Origin: Felis catus
Lineage: Eukaryota
Direction: 5' to 3'
Length of the DNA stretch: 64,000 nucleotides
Assembly: GCF_018350175.1 (NCBI RefSeq)
Contig: NC_058374.1
Span: 28,272,001-28,336,000 of the forward strand
A model generated the notes under the pieces. It worked only from the letters and a program-made list of their open reading frames with translations. It was not told the DNA's origin and searched no databases. Position 1 is the first letter of the stretch. The number at the start of each line of letters is the position of its first letter. Shown here piece after piece: positions 12,995-26,845 of the stretch. The translations under genes were made by a program, and so were the position numbers.

Positions 12995-13960
12995 TTTTCC
13001 TGAACTTTTACAGAGTTTTTCTTAATAATGCATATTGGTGATGGAAAATGTTTGAAAGTACAGAGAGGTTGAAAAAGAAACTAAGTCCCTTATGATCTTC
13101 TCTCTCAAAGATAACTAGAATCAACATTTCTCTCTGGGATCCATACACATCTATATTAAAGGAAATTTTGGACAGCAGTACACAGTTTTGTAACCCGATT
13201 TTTCCCTTTATTATGAACAGTTGCTCAAGTTGTTAATATCTAGACTTCTCTGGCCGCAGGGCATTCCATGAATATGCTATATGCCATTTTCTATTTAACC
13301 TGTCTCTTTTGGTTGGAGAGAGGTTTCCGATTTTTCCCTATTACACAATAGAGATGTGAATAAATTTAAACCAAGTACGTGTATTTGCTTCTAGTTAAAT
13401 TCCTAGATACAGAAGTGCTGTGGTAAAGGTAGAAAAGATTCAGGGTACAGCTCAACAAGGGTGCCCCCGAACACGGACACCAATCTCCATATTCACCCGG
13501 CAATATACATCAGAGAGTGTGCATTCCCCCGTGGACTTTGCCTTTTCCTCTTTGCCAAAATGGGGGGTGGGGGGGGAGACTGCTACCTAAGCACTATTTT
13601 AACTAATGGTTTAAATTGGAAGTACTGTTAAATGCTTAGGTATTTTTTTAAATTATTTGTATTTCTACTTTGGTGAATGTTTTCATTTCTGCCTTTTTGT
13701 ACATTTTTACTGAGACGTTTATCTTTATTCTTTTATATACCAAGGGCACGAACCAGTTTCCACATTTCTCACTTTGTCACTTGCCTTTTTGTTTGGTTTG
13801 GGGCTTTTTTGCAATGAAAGTGTTCATTTTTGTACTGTCAGTGCAGAAATCCCCTGTCCCTCCATTCCTCCTTTTATAGTTATGATTAAGGAGACCTTCC
13901 CCACCTCCAAGGTCAGATAAATTTTACCTATTTTCGCACGAAGTTTTGGGGTTATTTCAT
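12995..13960 (-). mobile_element. Old L1M (L1ME-like) fragment
   Basis: T-rich with TAAATTCCTAGAtacAGAAGTGCTG and TTAAGGAGACCTTCCCCACCTCCAAGGTCA motifs. Confidence 0.6.
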
Positions 13961-14042
13961 GTCTTACGGTCGCTCTCCCATCCATCTGGGATTTCCTTTG
14001 ATGCATATCGTGTCCTCAGCTCTGTTCTCTTTTCTTTCAAAG

Positions 14043-14198
14043 ATCCTGGAAATTTTAACTTCACACCCCGCCTGTTCATCCTCAGCAGTTCCTCTGGTGA
14101 CTTCTCAGCCACAGAATTCATGTATCCCGCCCGAGACCCCTCTGTGGTCAATTCTATGCCCTTCCTGCAGGAAGATCTGTACAGCGCGCCACAGCCAG
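14043..14198 (+). CDS. SVIL: Supervillin coding exon (window exon 7)
   Basis: Long pyrimidine tract plus AAG acceptor, GTACGG donor 14199; [52 protein letters not shown]; 156 nt, phase 1 to 1. Confidence 0.96.
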
Positions 14199-15682
14199 GT
14201 ACGGCCCGCGGAAGGGGTCATCGTGCCGAGCCACAGAACATACACCTTCCAGACGGCCTTTTTACTCTACTTGCATATTGACTAAACGGTTTTTATTTGC
14301 CAAGTGCCCTGGCGGGTAACTTTCTTATGTTATCTCACACTCACACCTACCCCAAAAGGAAGGGAACATCAGCCGTACGTTACAGTCTAAGAAACCGAGG
14401 CCCAGGTACTTAACTCGCCCAGGTAGGCTGAGCACAACCGTGTCAGGCCTAGAATCTCAGCTCTTCTCCCAGACTCCCCTCAGTCTTGTGGCTTCGTGGC
14501 CCACAGTTGGCCTCCCCTGCTCCGGGCATCATGTTTTCCGTTCGAGACACAAAGAAAGGGTTGGGAAAAGGGCAGTGATGGCCGTGTCTCTCCCTTGTAT
14601 TGGATAAAGCAAAAGCTTTCCCAGAAGCCCCCAGCTGACTTCTGCTCACATCCCGTTGGCCAGAGCTCTGTCACGTGAACACCCTCCACTACCGGGGAGC
14701 CTGGGAGAGCAAGTGGCAGGGGCGGCAAGGGGTTGGGAGTATGTGTTGAATCAGCCAAAGAACGGTGTCTGCCTTAGCCAAGGCTGCACGGCAGGGCTGT
14801 GGTTCCCACCCATGTTTTCTGACTCCGCGGTCAAGGCTGTATCCACTTGGCCCCCACCTCGCGACAGAACCGGTTGTGTGCCCTTGTGCTGGTTGGGACA
14901 GTCACCGTCACCAGAGACTGGGCTGTACGGACCCGGCCAGACTCCTGCAGTCGAGTCTGAGCCCTTGTGCCCTCTCCCCTCAGCCACAACCTCTCATTAA
15001 CCCGGCCCAGCTCCCCACCTTAAAAGCTCAACAGCTGGCCCACGGGTCATACTGCGGGAAATACTAGCAAGTTCCTTCAAAGGGAGGCCGCTACCCACCC
15101 TCTTCACTCTATGCCTCAGGGTGGGTTACCAACCTCTTCTGGGCTTTTCAAATGTGTGGTGTGCGTGGAATTCTGAAACACGGGCTAGGAAAGGACGCGG
15201 GGCAGGCGGACCGAGCAGGTGTGAGAGCCCCTCTGCCACATGGAATACGAGTCGGGCTGACGGTGTGTTAGAACACGTCTGCTCCTTCAAGCCCTATTCT
15301 CTCACCGAGAACCAGGAACTTAGTCACCTAGGAAGCAATCGCATGTGGGATACGCACATCAGTGACCTGTAGGGCAAGGGGGGTGTACTGTCCAGTTTTT
15401 AATATGCTCTTTGGAGAGAAATGCTGCTTACAGCCCCTCGCGGGTGCGTTATCCCTCCCCTCAGCATGCTGCCAGTTCTCAGAAGGGCTGCCGGCGGGCC
15501 GGCTACTGAGGAGGGGCAAAGGGAGAGAGAGTGTGGGGACAGGAAGGGAAAAGAGGCCGGCATCACAGATGCCACCTCTCTCTGCCCAGAGGCCTTAACT
15601 GACTGTATGCTCAAAGGGCTGAGGCGTCGTGGACACCCCGCCTTTGGCCCCGCCAAGGGGATTCTGCACCCCCTCCCTCTGA

Positions 15683-16096
<414 letters not shown>

Positions 16097-16874
16097 TAAT
16101 CTTGAGATTAATGCATTCTTGACTGTCACCATGAATGGGAATTCATTTTTCTCTTTTACATTACTGGGCCGTCTGAGTCGCTACCCTCAAGATTTAAGGC
16201 TGTATCATGGAATGCCCTGGAGGGGTCGGAACCCTTTTGCATTCTGGTGTAATCATGCTGGGGGCCTCCTCCTGCGCATAGCCGCCCACTGTCCAGAGTG
16301 GAAAACTCGCCTAAATGGGCTGGAAAGCCAATGACAACCTTTTGGTCATTCGTTATTATCTTTAGTGTGATATCTAAAAAAGAAAGATCTACTGTGAACT
16401 CATGGCTTTTAACTATACCATCCGCCAAAAATTTATAGAATTTTATGTAAAACAAGTAATTAATTTCTTATCTTAATTTCTAAGGTTTCATGGATTAGTT
16501 TCATTGAGTTCATACAGTTGATTCTCTCTTGAAAAGCTCGTCAGTAACAAGTAACAAATTCCCACCAAATGTTTAAAGTAGAGAGGTTTAGAAAATGCTG
16601 TTTAACTCACATTGAACTTCACGCTGCCTTAGGAAGTCAGAGGAATACTTCTACAGGTGAATGCAAGAGGAAAAAATCTCTTGCCCAGGAGCCATGGAGA
16701 GAGGCTTTCTCAGATCCAGAGACGTGGAAGCATTTTGCTAGAGTCAGGTCACTTACATGCAGTGTTACGCATCCTTGTATGCATAAACTTAACATTTTGT
16801 ATAAATACCATCCATGCGTTATTATGAACTACTGACAACTTGCACTCTAACCATAAGTCAAGAGATCCAAATGA

Positions 16875-17228
<354 letters not shown>

Positions 17229-18189
17229 TAGCAAGTCTATATAGAATTAGCTTAGGAAATGGAAAAATCATTTGAACTATTTTGGTATTCTTCTACACCT
17301 GGTGTTCAAGTTAAACAGCTTAAAAGCAAAGGTGAACTTAATTACTCTGAAGAATATACAGAAATAAAAGCTGCCCTGTCTTCATTCTGTTTGCTAAAAT
17401 TCTGTTGCTTTTCAAGGTCCGCGTAAGGCACAACAAAATCCTCTGGCTTCAGACATTGACCTTGTGTTTGAGGAGACACAAAATAAATCTGTGATGGATT
17501 ATTCACAGATCAAAGTACGAAGCGAATGAATGTATCGTGAGTCACTCCTGATTAGGAGTGTGAATAGCTCATTAATAGTATTTCATGAGACCAGTTGGTA
17601 TTAGCCCATGAAGCATTTATCATAACCTTTATTTACTAAAGCATATGATTAACCAGAAGAACATTATAATTTCCAACCACATAGGAAAAAAAAAAGCTTA
17701 TTACAGCTGTGTAGAATTTCTTTAAGTCATGAGTTTTTAACATTGTGAAGGAAATAGGTTTGTTCCATTTCAATTTTCTTACTATGTCAGAGAGCTGCTT
17801 TTCCAGAAGAGATGACATGGGTATTTTACGGGAGGTCCGAACACGTTTAAACAAAAAGAGTTCGCTGCTGCTTAACAGTGGATGCGCAGCGCAAATGCCT
17901 GTTTAATGCCAGCATCGCTGCCGAGACTCACATCTCTCTGTAAGCCAGTGGGCTTGGTCCACGCAGGGAGGAGCCCGATAGGGCTCTGTTTACAATAAAC
18001 ACGCAGTCGTGCCTGGGGGTGCAGCGCCCCGCACAAGTACCTCCTCCTGCAGTGTGAGTTCAAGGCTGTAATTACCGCTGTGTCCTGCTTCCACCGTGCA
18101 TGCCCAGGCAGCAGTGGCCTGGGAGCATCTCGCGCAGGCTGGCGGGCTTCCGGCCAGTGAGGTCGGGCTTTCCACGCCAAGTTGTGGCA

Positions 18190-18400
18190 ATAACACAATC
18201 ACTGAGCGCTCACCGTGGGCCAGGCATGGCTCCGAGCCCTTTATGTGTATTTTCTCCCTTATTTTTACAACAGTCTATTAAGATTCATCTTCGTGTATCT
18301 CCGTTTTCCCAGGGAAGGAGCTGAGACACAGACACCTGAAGTAGCTTGTCCCGGGTCTTAGGTGCAGGATTGCTCCAAACCCACTCTGTGACCACTAGTC
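18190..18400 (-). mobile_element. MIR SINE
   Basis: ACTGAGCGCTcAC.GTGgGCCAGGCA...CTGAGaCACAGA...AAGTAGCTTGTCC. Confidence 0.6.
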
Positions 18401-18724
18401 TTGACCATCATTGATGAATTTGGCAACCCTGTTAGTCATTCATTCCTGCCACTCAAAAGGAGGGCAGTGATCTGGCTTCCAGGTTTAACAGAGGAAGAGA
18501 ATTTACCTGTAGTAACCAGTTCAGTGTAAATGCACACAGAGTGGTTTTTGTTTGTCTGAAGTCTGGATTCAGCAGCATATCCTGGACGCATTTTCTTACC
18601 TTTTTCTATTATGGATTAAGAAACAGGGCTCAAGGGGGCAGCATGAATCCTCATAAGGTTATTTTAAAATACTTTTAAACAAATTCCATTATCTGAATGC
18701 TTCTAGTGTTTAGAGTTCAGATTT

Positions 18725-18935
18725 TTTTTTTTCAACGTTTATTTATTTTTGGGATAGAGAGAGATAGAGCATGAACAGGGGAGGGGCAGAGAGAGAGGGA
18801 GACACAGAACCGGAAACAGGCTCCAGGCTCTGAGCCATCAGCCCAGAGCCTGACGCAGGGCTCGAACTCACGGACCGCGAGATCGTGACCTGGCTGAAGT
18901 CGGACGCTTAACCGACTGCGCCACCCAGGCGTCCC
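18725..18935 (-). mobile_element. Young feline CAN-SINE (SINEC_Fc type)
   Basis: CpG-rich, GAGCCATCAGCCCAGAGCC variant; perfect TSD TAGAGTTCAGATTT (18711-18724, 18936-18949). Confidence 0.95.
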
Positions 18936-18956
18936 TAGAGTTCAGATTTAATAATC

Positions 18957-19185
18957 TTTTTTTTATTAAAAAAATTTTTTTTAACGTTTATTTATTTTTG
19001 AGACAGAGAGAGACAGAGCATGAATGGGGGACAGTCAGAGAGAGAGGGAGACACAGAATCCGAAACAGGCTCCAGGCTCTGAGCAGTCAGCACAGAGCCT
19101 GACGCAGGGCTTGAACTCACAGACTGCGAGATCATGACCTGAGCCAAAGTCGGACGCTTAACCAACTGAGCCACCCAGGCGCCCC
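18957..19185 (-). mobile_element. Feline CAN-SINE
   Basis: Full length; TSD AGAGTTCAGATTTAATAATC (18937 and 19187). Confidence 0.95.
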
Positions 19186-19493
19186 GAGAGTTCAGATTTA
19201 ATAATCTTAAGCCATAATTCACTCACGTGATACTCCCTTTTGTCCAAGGCAGGATTTATTTGGTGAGGTGGGAAGACATGGAAAGGAGAATTGTGGGGCT
19301 TTGGGCAATCCCTTTCCATTTCAGAGCCTGCTTCCCCTTGAGCGACCCCACCCCCACCCCCCCGGCTAGGCACAGACTAGACAGGGTCCGGCGAGGGCAC
19401 AGACGGGACAGGGTCGTGTATTTGCAGGCGCGTGACAAAACACTGGTGCAGGTGCAGGACACGAAGCTCTCTCTGCTCCCTCCTCTTCTCTAG

Positions 19494-19847
<354 letters not shown>

Positions 19848-20072
19848 TAGAAGAATCTGCCGTCACTTTCGATACCCTTGGACCAGGAAAATGGCAAATT
19901 TTTTTTTTTTTCGGACTGGTATTTAAAAAAAAAACACAAAAAAGATTTTTTTCATCAGAGTTTTTAAAACCTGAAGTTACTAGCTCTACTGCGTGTCCTG
20001 GATTTGTGTATTTTGTAAATGTTTCAGCGAACCCTTTGGAAACTCTCTTTCCACGACTCAGCAGGTCATGTT

Positions 20073-20078
20073 AATAAA
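20073..20078 (+). terminator. Candidate proximal poly(A) signal AATAAA
   Basis: Canonical hexamer ~240 nt after the stop. Confidence 0.4.
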
Positions 20079-20691
20079 GGTGTCCCCGTGTGCACTTAAG
20101 TAGCTGTTTCTCAGCAGCTGCTCTCGCACTGCCCTCCTGTTCCAGCTGAGCGTTGCCTACTCTTTTTTCTGAAGCAGTTCTCTTCATAAAGTGTTATTTT
20201 GATAGGTTGTGGATTCTAAAATATATATATTTATATAAACACCATATAAATCAAATACGTATTTAACAAAGCAATATTACTCGATTCACTTTTAAGATTT
20301 GTTTTCCTTTTGGTGTCAAAATAATATGAAAAGGTAGATGGAATTGCTTCTGTGGAATCAGCTCTGGCACCCTTCTGTATCTTCACACACAGTTCGGAAA
20401 TGTCTCCTCGGCCTTAGGTCTGACTTGTTCTGAGTGCTGCTTCCGGTGCTAAAATGAACAGAGACATTTGTACTTCCTGGCACGGGCTCTAAAGAATCTG
20501 TGCGAATCCACCTTTCAACCTTAATATCTTCCCTGAAATGTATAGTGCCTTGTTTTTATGTACAGTTTATATACAGAAAAGTTTGCTCTGCGTTTTTTGA
20601 TGATGGTTTGGAACGTTATCTCCAATTTTACTCTAAAAAAACGGTAGAAATGAAAAAAAAACATCTCAAATTTCTAAAACCTGTTGTAAAC

Positions 20692-20746
20692 ATTAAACAT
20701 GCCATTTTGTGATACAGGGCTCCAAAATAAAAGCTTCAGGAATAAA
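20692..20746 (+). terminator. Distal poly(A) signal cluster (ATTAAA 20692, AATAAA 20726 and 20741)
   Basis: Three hexamers in 55 nt, followed by GT/T-rich sequence at ~20780-20815. Confidence 0.7.
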
Positions 20747-21042
20747 CACAATAATTGATTCACATCGAATCCCAAGCATGTTCCTTTCTGCAAAACGTTC
20801 TGTTTGTTCATGTCAACCCAGTATCAATACTTGGCCGTTAAATATTAACTGCTAAAACTTTAGGGCAAGATTTTATGTAGGGTTGTATAACTAAATAGAC
20901 ATTTGACCCATAATATTAGTTCTGAGCACTATATTATAGACATATATTTGCAAATCATCATTCAACAGAAGCTTTTTACCCTAAAATGATCTCTGCATCT
21001 CATACTGAGGATCTCAGTGCCTTTTTAAGAATATTGAATACA

Positions 21043-21268
21043 AGGCGCCTGGGTGGCTCAGTCGGTTAAGTGTCTGACTTCGGCTCATGTCATGAGCCGG
21101 TCTGTGAGTTCAAGCCCTGCATCGGGCTCTGTGCTGACAGCTCGGAGCCTGGAGCCTGCTTCAGATTCTGTGTCTCCCTCTCTGCCCCTCCCCCCCATCC
21201 TCTCTCTCTCTCTTTCTCTCTCTCAAAAATAAATATACATTAAAAAAATTTAAAAGCTTTAAAAAAAG
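21043..21268 (+). mobile_element. Feline CAN-SINE
   Basis: Full length; TSD gaatattgaata on both sides. Confidence 0.93.
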
Positions 21269-21479
21269 GAATATTGAATATATAGACATTTAGAAAACCT
21301 AAAAATGAGAAAACTCTCCTCACAGGCTCACGGACTCATAAAGTGAATTCTGTAGACCTGCCATGAGTTGTTACCGCATCCTTCCTGCCCACCGACCCCT
21401 GTTTCGGTCTCTGTCAAACAGATCAGTCAACAGCACATTTGCTTTAAACTTTATCACTTGTGTGCCCAGCCTTGGGACT

Positions 21480-21705
21480 GCACCAGGGTCGGGGGCCTAT
21501 AACCCGCTCCTGGTCCCACCGTGTTGAGACTCTGTGATATTGGGCAGTCTCTGAACTTCCCCACCTCGATTTCCTCTGTTTCAAAAAAGGAATCAATGCC
21601 AGCTATCCCGCCCACGTCATAGGATTGATTCTTGGTGAGGATCAAGCAGAAACTCTTTGAATATTGTCAAGTGCTGATACCTGCTGGTATTAATATTACT
21701 GTTAC
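21480..21705 (+). mobile_element. MIR SINE
   Basis: CTGTGAtaTTGGGCAG..TCTGAACTTC...CCTCgaTTTCCTCtgTT core. Confidence 0.6.
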
Positions 21706-21825
21706 AGTAGCTGAAGTAGAAGTGTCAGTGTTGAAGTAAAGGAGTGTAGTCACCTCGAAATGATAGATTAAAGCAGAATGAGTAAAACCTTCCAAAGAAA
21801 TAAATGTAGAAGGGAAAGGAGAAAA

Positions 21826-22031
21826 GGGGGGTACTGGGTGGCTCAGTAGGTTGAGCGTCCAACTTTGGCTCAGGTCATGATCTCAAGGTTCGTGGGTTTG
21901 AGCCCCACGTCAGGCTCTGTGCTGACAGTTGGAGCCTGGAGCCTGCTGCGTATTCTGTGTCTCTCTCTTTCTCTCTCTCTGCCCCTCCCTGGCTGGCTCG
22001 CTCTTTCAAAGATAAATAAACATTAAAAAAA
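21826..22031 (+). mobile_element. Feline CAN-SINE
   Basis: Head CTGGGTGGCTCAGTaGGTTGAGCGTCC; TSD gaaaggagaaa. Confidence 0.9.
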
Positions 22032-23049
22032 GAAAGGAGAAAGTGGCATTGCGGTAGGCAGAATGCAAAGAGAAACCGGGATTCAGGGCCAGTAGGGCGA
22101 CCAGGGGAGTTTCCAAAGGAGAGAGGCAGGCAGAGCTGCCCCCGTGGGTGACCGTTCAAAGCCACCCAGACCCTTACGTACACAGACAGGAACTCGGGTT
22201 GCTGGAAGAACTTCCATAGAGAACCTGCTGAGACCACAGATAAGGTAGGTGTCAGCAGTGGTGCCCGTCACCACCGAGTCAACCCATAGCGCTTTGAGGT
22301 CATATCTACTGGTTCTAAATATCCCCCAACGGTGTGCTGTCAGTCTGCTCCCCGCCTCGCCTCTGTAAACGAGGTGCCCATCTTGTGTACCTACCAACTT
22401 CCTGTTCGCCTCTGTTCCTTCTGCCTCTGTTTCCTGCTGACAGAACTGGATCCTCTCTTCCTTGGCTTTTCTGACGCCTTTCCCGCAGAGCCGCAACTTT
22501 TGACCTTTGCATACCAGGGAAAGGACCCGGCCTGAACACCTGAATTGCTGAATCTGAGCAACCCAGCTAGTTAGGCTGCACCCGCATTTCGGGCCTTTCT
22601 CTGCAGCCACTCCAAAAGCAAACCACCCTGGGGAACGTTTATTAAACACGACAAATTCACGTGGTCTGGTGTTGCCTTGATTGCCTGCTTTTGAACCAAA
22701 GGACTTTGAGACGGGGGAGTGTGTTTGTGTTGGGATTGACACAGAGCTGCAGTGGGGACACATGACATGTCACGTGTGTTTAGAGGCTTGGGAGGAACGG
22801 TGTGAATACCATCAGTTTCCAGAGGAATGGGACCACTGTCCCTGTTTGTCCCCCTGGGGCCATGCACTGGCCAGGGTCAGGCAAATCCTTTCTCAGGGAC
22901 CCACTTCTTTTCCTCCTCATTTTAAACCTTTGGCCCCACCTGTAGAGCTCCCCATTTTGGGTAAAAGAGGATGCATTCCAGCAACAGCTTGAGAATCCAT
23001 GTTGGTCTTTCATCGTTTTTCTTCGTTTCTGATTATAAAAGTGACCCTT

Positions 23050-23535
23050 CTATGCACACGGAGACTTGTGCGTGAATGTTCATGGCATCATGCTTGACAA
23101 CAGCCCAGACCTGTCAACGGCCCACGTGTCCACTGACTAGAAGTGGAGGACACAATGCGGCGCATCCACGCAATGGAGTACCATCCAACAACGCGGAGAA
23201 CAGACTGCTGACGCCCACTGCCACGTGTATCAACCTCAGAAACATTAACAAGCAAAAGAAGCCAGGTACAGAAGGCCACATGGTGCTTAATTCCATTTCA
23301 ATGAGATTTCAGAAAAGCCACTCAGAAAGCAGACGCGTGGTGGCCGGAGACGGAGATGGGAGTAAAGGGCACCCGCAGAGCAGAACGAGGGAACTTTGGG
23401 GGGTGATGGGCATTGTCTTCACCGGGGCTGGGGTGAGGGTCGCACAACTCTATAAAAGTACTAAGATTTATTGTACACCTTACAGAGGTGCACCTTAAAT
23501 TTTATGGCATACGTATCTCGAGAAAGCGGTTGATC
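23050..23535 (+). mobile_element. Old L1M (L1MB/MC-like) 3' end
   Basis: GAATGTTCATgGCA...AACCTCAGAAACATTA...AAGAAGCCAGgtACAgAAGGCCACAT...ATTCCATTT. Confidence 0.7.
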
Positions 23536-23640
23536 TGTGTGAAACCTGCAAACATAATACGCCAGTAATATGCAAATATAATTAATTTAGGGATTGAAAA
23601 TCACAGATGTCCCCACTGCTAACTAATTACTCCTGACACT

Positions 23641-24087
23641 TGTTAAGGTCATGCCTTACTAGGTCTGCCTTACTAGGCAGATGGTACGGGACCATTGCGA
23701 TCGGCATAGGGACCATGGCAATGAGGTGTAGGGGAGAGAGCTTGGGCCCAACTCTGAATACAGGGAAGAGTGGGAGTTTACAGCCATGGCCGTGGACAAT
23801 TACTAAAAAGAAACACCAGAGTAAGCGGGAACTCTAGCTTCACTTGACCTAACAGGATTCATGCTGAAGCCAGGCCAGGGTGACCAGGCACCACGAGGGG
23901 ACAGTGGAGAAGGACGAACCTGGTTAGATAACGAGGGTGATCAGATATCAAGGATAAGGGATCTCACTAAACCTACTCGTCAGGATTTGTGCAGGAAGTG
24001 CGCTCTAGGAAGACATGCGCAAGGACAGGGCCTAGGTGGGCTTGGAGGAGCCTGACTAAAGTTTGGTCAAGGGGAGTGTCTTTGTCA
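23641..24087 (-). mobile_element. ERV1-class solo LTR (MER31/MER67-like)
   Basis: TG...CA termini; minus strand begins TGACAAAGACACTCCCCTTGACCAAACTTTAGTCAGGCTCC; flanks acact/ccact; family name from memory. Confidence 0.65.
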
Positions 24088-25330
24088 CCACTTCTCAAAT
24101 AGAAGTACGTCAGTAATTTGATTTATATTCTTCTAGATTGGTCTTTGCATCTATTAGCAGAGATGCATGCTCATGCTTTTTTGAAGAGAAAAGTTGCATT
24201 TACTCTTGGCCATCTTAATTTTCTGTTAACAGTGGGGCTCTGACACTGGTTCTTGGATGTTTATCTGAGTGTGTGGGAGGTTCTGAGGCCACACGGGGCA
24301 CAGAGCAAAGGCCTAAGCAGCTGTGGGGCCCAACCCCCCAACCCCACAACCGTTCCCCATTCCTAGGCGAGAGTGAGTAGCAGAAAGCTAGGGCCCAAAG
24401 AGAGGGTCTGGGGATTTGTTTTCACAGGCCTTCCTTGGCCTCTGATCCAGAGTAAGGGCCAGAGGCGTCAAAACAGGCCTTGCTTAACAGCAGTGACTAG
24501 GAAGGTCAACGGGAGAAGAGCGAGTCACAGATCAAGGTAATGATTCAAATGCAAACTATGGAAAAGCGAATACAGTAATATGGCATCTGACCCGAAGAAA
24601 AATCCCTACCTTACTTCTGCCGAGCAAATGCATCGCACTGCAAGCAAGTACTTGCTCTTTCTGCACCAGAGAAGGAACATCAAGGTTGTTTCAGACTACC
24701 TGCAATAGACGTACCCCAGGAGTTAGATCGCAAAGATGGATTTGCAAGGGGAGCACATCGGAGGCTTTCTGTCCATAGGAGCACTGTGCTGCCAGTGTGG
24801 AGCTTGGGTGGAAATAGCCCCACCGCCCCACCCCCCACCCCGGGTCTCACCCTTCAAATGCACAGTGCATGACAGCGTATGACCTTGATCCCTGAGGATT
24901 AGCAGGGAAGAAAGATGAACGGACCAGCATCCCTCATTTCTAATAATGAATTAGTCCTCTACTGAGCTTTTCCATCATGCTCGGCCAGAAAAGAGGGCTA
25001 TAGGAGCAGAAATGAATGCAAGCTGAAGTGCTAGGAGGCAGTGGCCATGACGCCTCAGCCCCAACATTCCTTCACAGCCTCACCACGGCTGTGGGAAATG
25101 CTTTTGACACCAAATGCCGTGGCGCTCTGCAAGCCTCTTAAGGGATATATTGGAACTGACTTGTGTTATCTGGAAATTGACACAAATTGCCTGTTATTAA
25201 ATCTCACTGAATTGTTAAGCCCAACTTTGCCATCTGAACACCATTTTAGCATCCACCCCGAAATGGTTCTAACACAATGTGTTATCTCCGGAAAGGTAAA
25301 GAAATATGGAACTGAACAAGCAGCCTCATG

Positions 25331-25340
25331 CCTAATATGG
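25331..25340. promoter_or_regulatory. Perfect CArG box (candidate SRF site)
   Basis: CCTAATATGG fits CC(A/T)6GG and is the reverse complement of the c-fos SRE core CCATATTAGG; lies in non-repeat sequence. Confidence 0.45.
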
Positions 25341-26020
25341 AAGCAAAGAAAAAGAAAATTGGATGGGAATGACAGACAAGCCCAACTGGTACTTTTCGAT
25401 TCACGGTTTCTCCATAGAAAAAAAAATCAAGCTACTGAACAATGCTTCTGGAAATTGTCAGTCATGGTTAGTATCAGAGCCCATCCGAGGAGGCAATTAT
25501 AAAACAGGCACCCTGCCTCACCTCCTCCTGTCTTCCTGTGCCTCCTCTATCCCCGCCTGCTGTGGTTCCTTCCCCTCTAGACACTTGTGACTCCTGCAGG
25601 AGGGCCATTCTGGGTTTTGAATCAGGAATCCCAAAGGGCGAGCATGGAGTATCATTCGCCAACGATGACATTTCAGGTACCCGGGGGGAAAGAAATTTTT
25701 TCTCGTTGTTGGCTAGAGCCTTTCCACAGGTCAGTGCTGACTGCAGTGGTGGTCACGTCATCTGCTGAAGTGTGTTTTTGGAATCACACGTTGTGTATTC
25801 CAGACCTGTCATTATTGGCAATGGCCTGTATTCACTCATGAGCGAGCACATGTATTTACTGCTCACCCGTTCAAGGGTTTACTGAGTGCGTGCACAGTGT
25901 AAGGCTCACCAGAGAATACAAATATGAGTTATGGCAAGGCTCAGATCCCACAAGGATCTGGGAGGAGGAGAGAATGATGATGATTTACCAAAAAGTATCA
26001 ATAACAATGCAATGGGAGTC

Positions 26021-26383
26021 TGTTAGGGGCTGAATTGTATGCCCCTCCCTCCTCAAAAGAAAGGTGGAGTCCTAACTCCCCCTACCTCCAAATGTGACCT
26101 TATTGGGAGATAATCTATAGATAATTAAGTTAAATGAGATCATTAGGGTGGGCCCCAAGCCAGTAGGACTGGTGTCGCTATATGAAGGGGAAATTTGGAC
26201 ACAGAGGTAGAGAGAAGAGAGTCACCCACAAGCCAAAGAGAGCAAGCAGCCTCAGAAGAAACCAAGCCTGCCAACACCTTGATTTCAGACTCCTAACACC
26301 CTGAACTGTGAGACAGTAAGTTTCTGTTGGTTAAGCCACCCAGCCTGCGGGGCTTTGTTAAAGCCACTCTAGGGAACTACACA
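26021..26383 (+). mobile_element. MLT1 (ERVL-MaLR) solo LTR
   Basis: TGTtagGGgCTGAATTGT...AATGTGACCTTATTgGGA...TTAAGCCACCCAG...AACTAcACA. Confidence 0.85.
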
Positions 26384-26845
26384 GTGCAAACCAAGCCTTC
26401 CTTTGGAGGGAAAGGGGAGGGGAAGGAATCAGGGCAGCTTCGTGGACTGAGTCCCATGGGGTAGGCCTGGAAGGACTGGTAGGATTTCTCATGATAGCTA
26501 GGCATCAACCCATCAGGCAGCAGCTCCAAAGGGGAAGATTTAGAAAGGGGGACTGGTCTCCCTAAGTTGAGTCTGGTCTCAACTTACCTTCTTATCTTAT
26601 ACCATGTGCTAGCATTTCTATCTTGTGCCTTTATAGTCACATAATTAAAGGCGTTGCTCTGTTAGATCCCTTTCTAGCCCAGTCTTCTTATGCAGATATT
26701 TCTGAAATCTCTGTCAGACAACATAGTTCATGGGAAATACTGGCCTGGGGTTTTCTACACAGTAATGTCATCTTTTACAGATATCCTGGACCTGAAGTAG
26801 CCCTGTTGCTTTAATCTTAGAAGCTACTCTAGAAGATAAGAAATT

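Noticed and set aside
22083-22763. 226-aa minus-strand ORF, the longest in the track
   Set aside because: Non-ATG start, no homology recognised, no supporting splice structure
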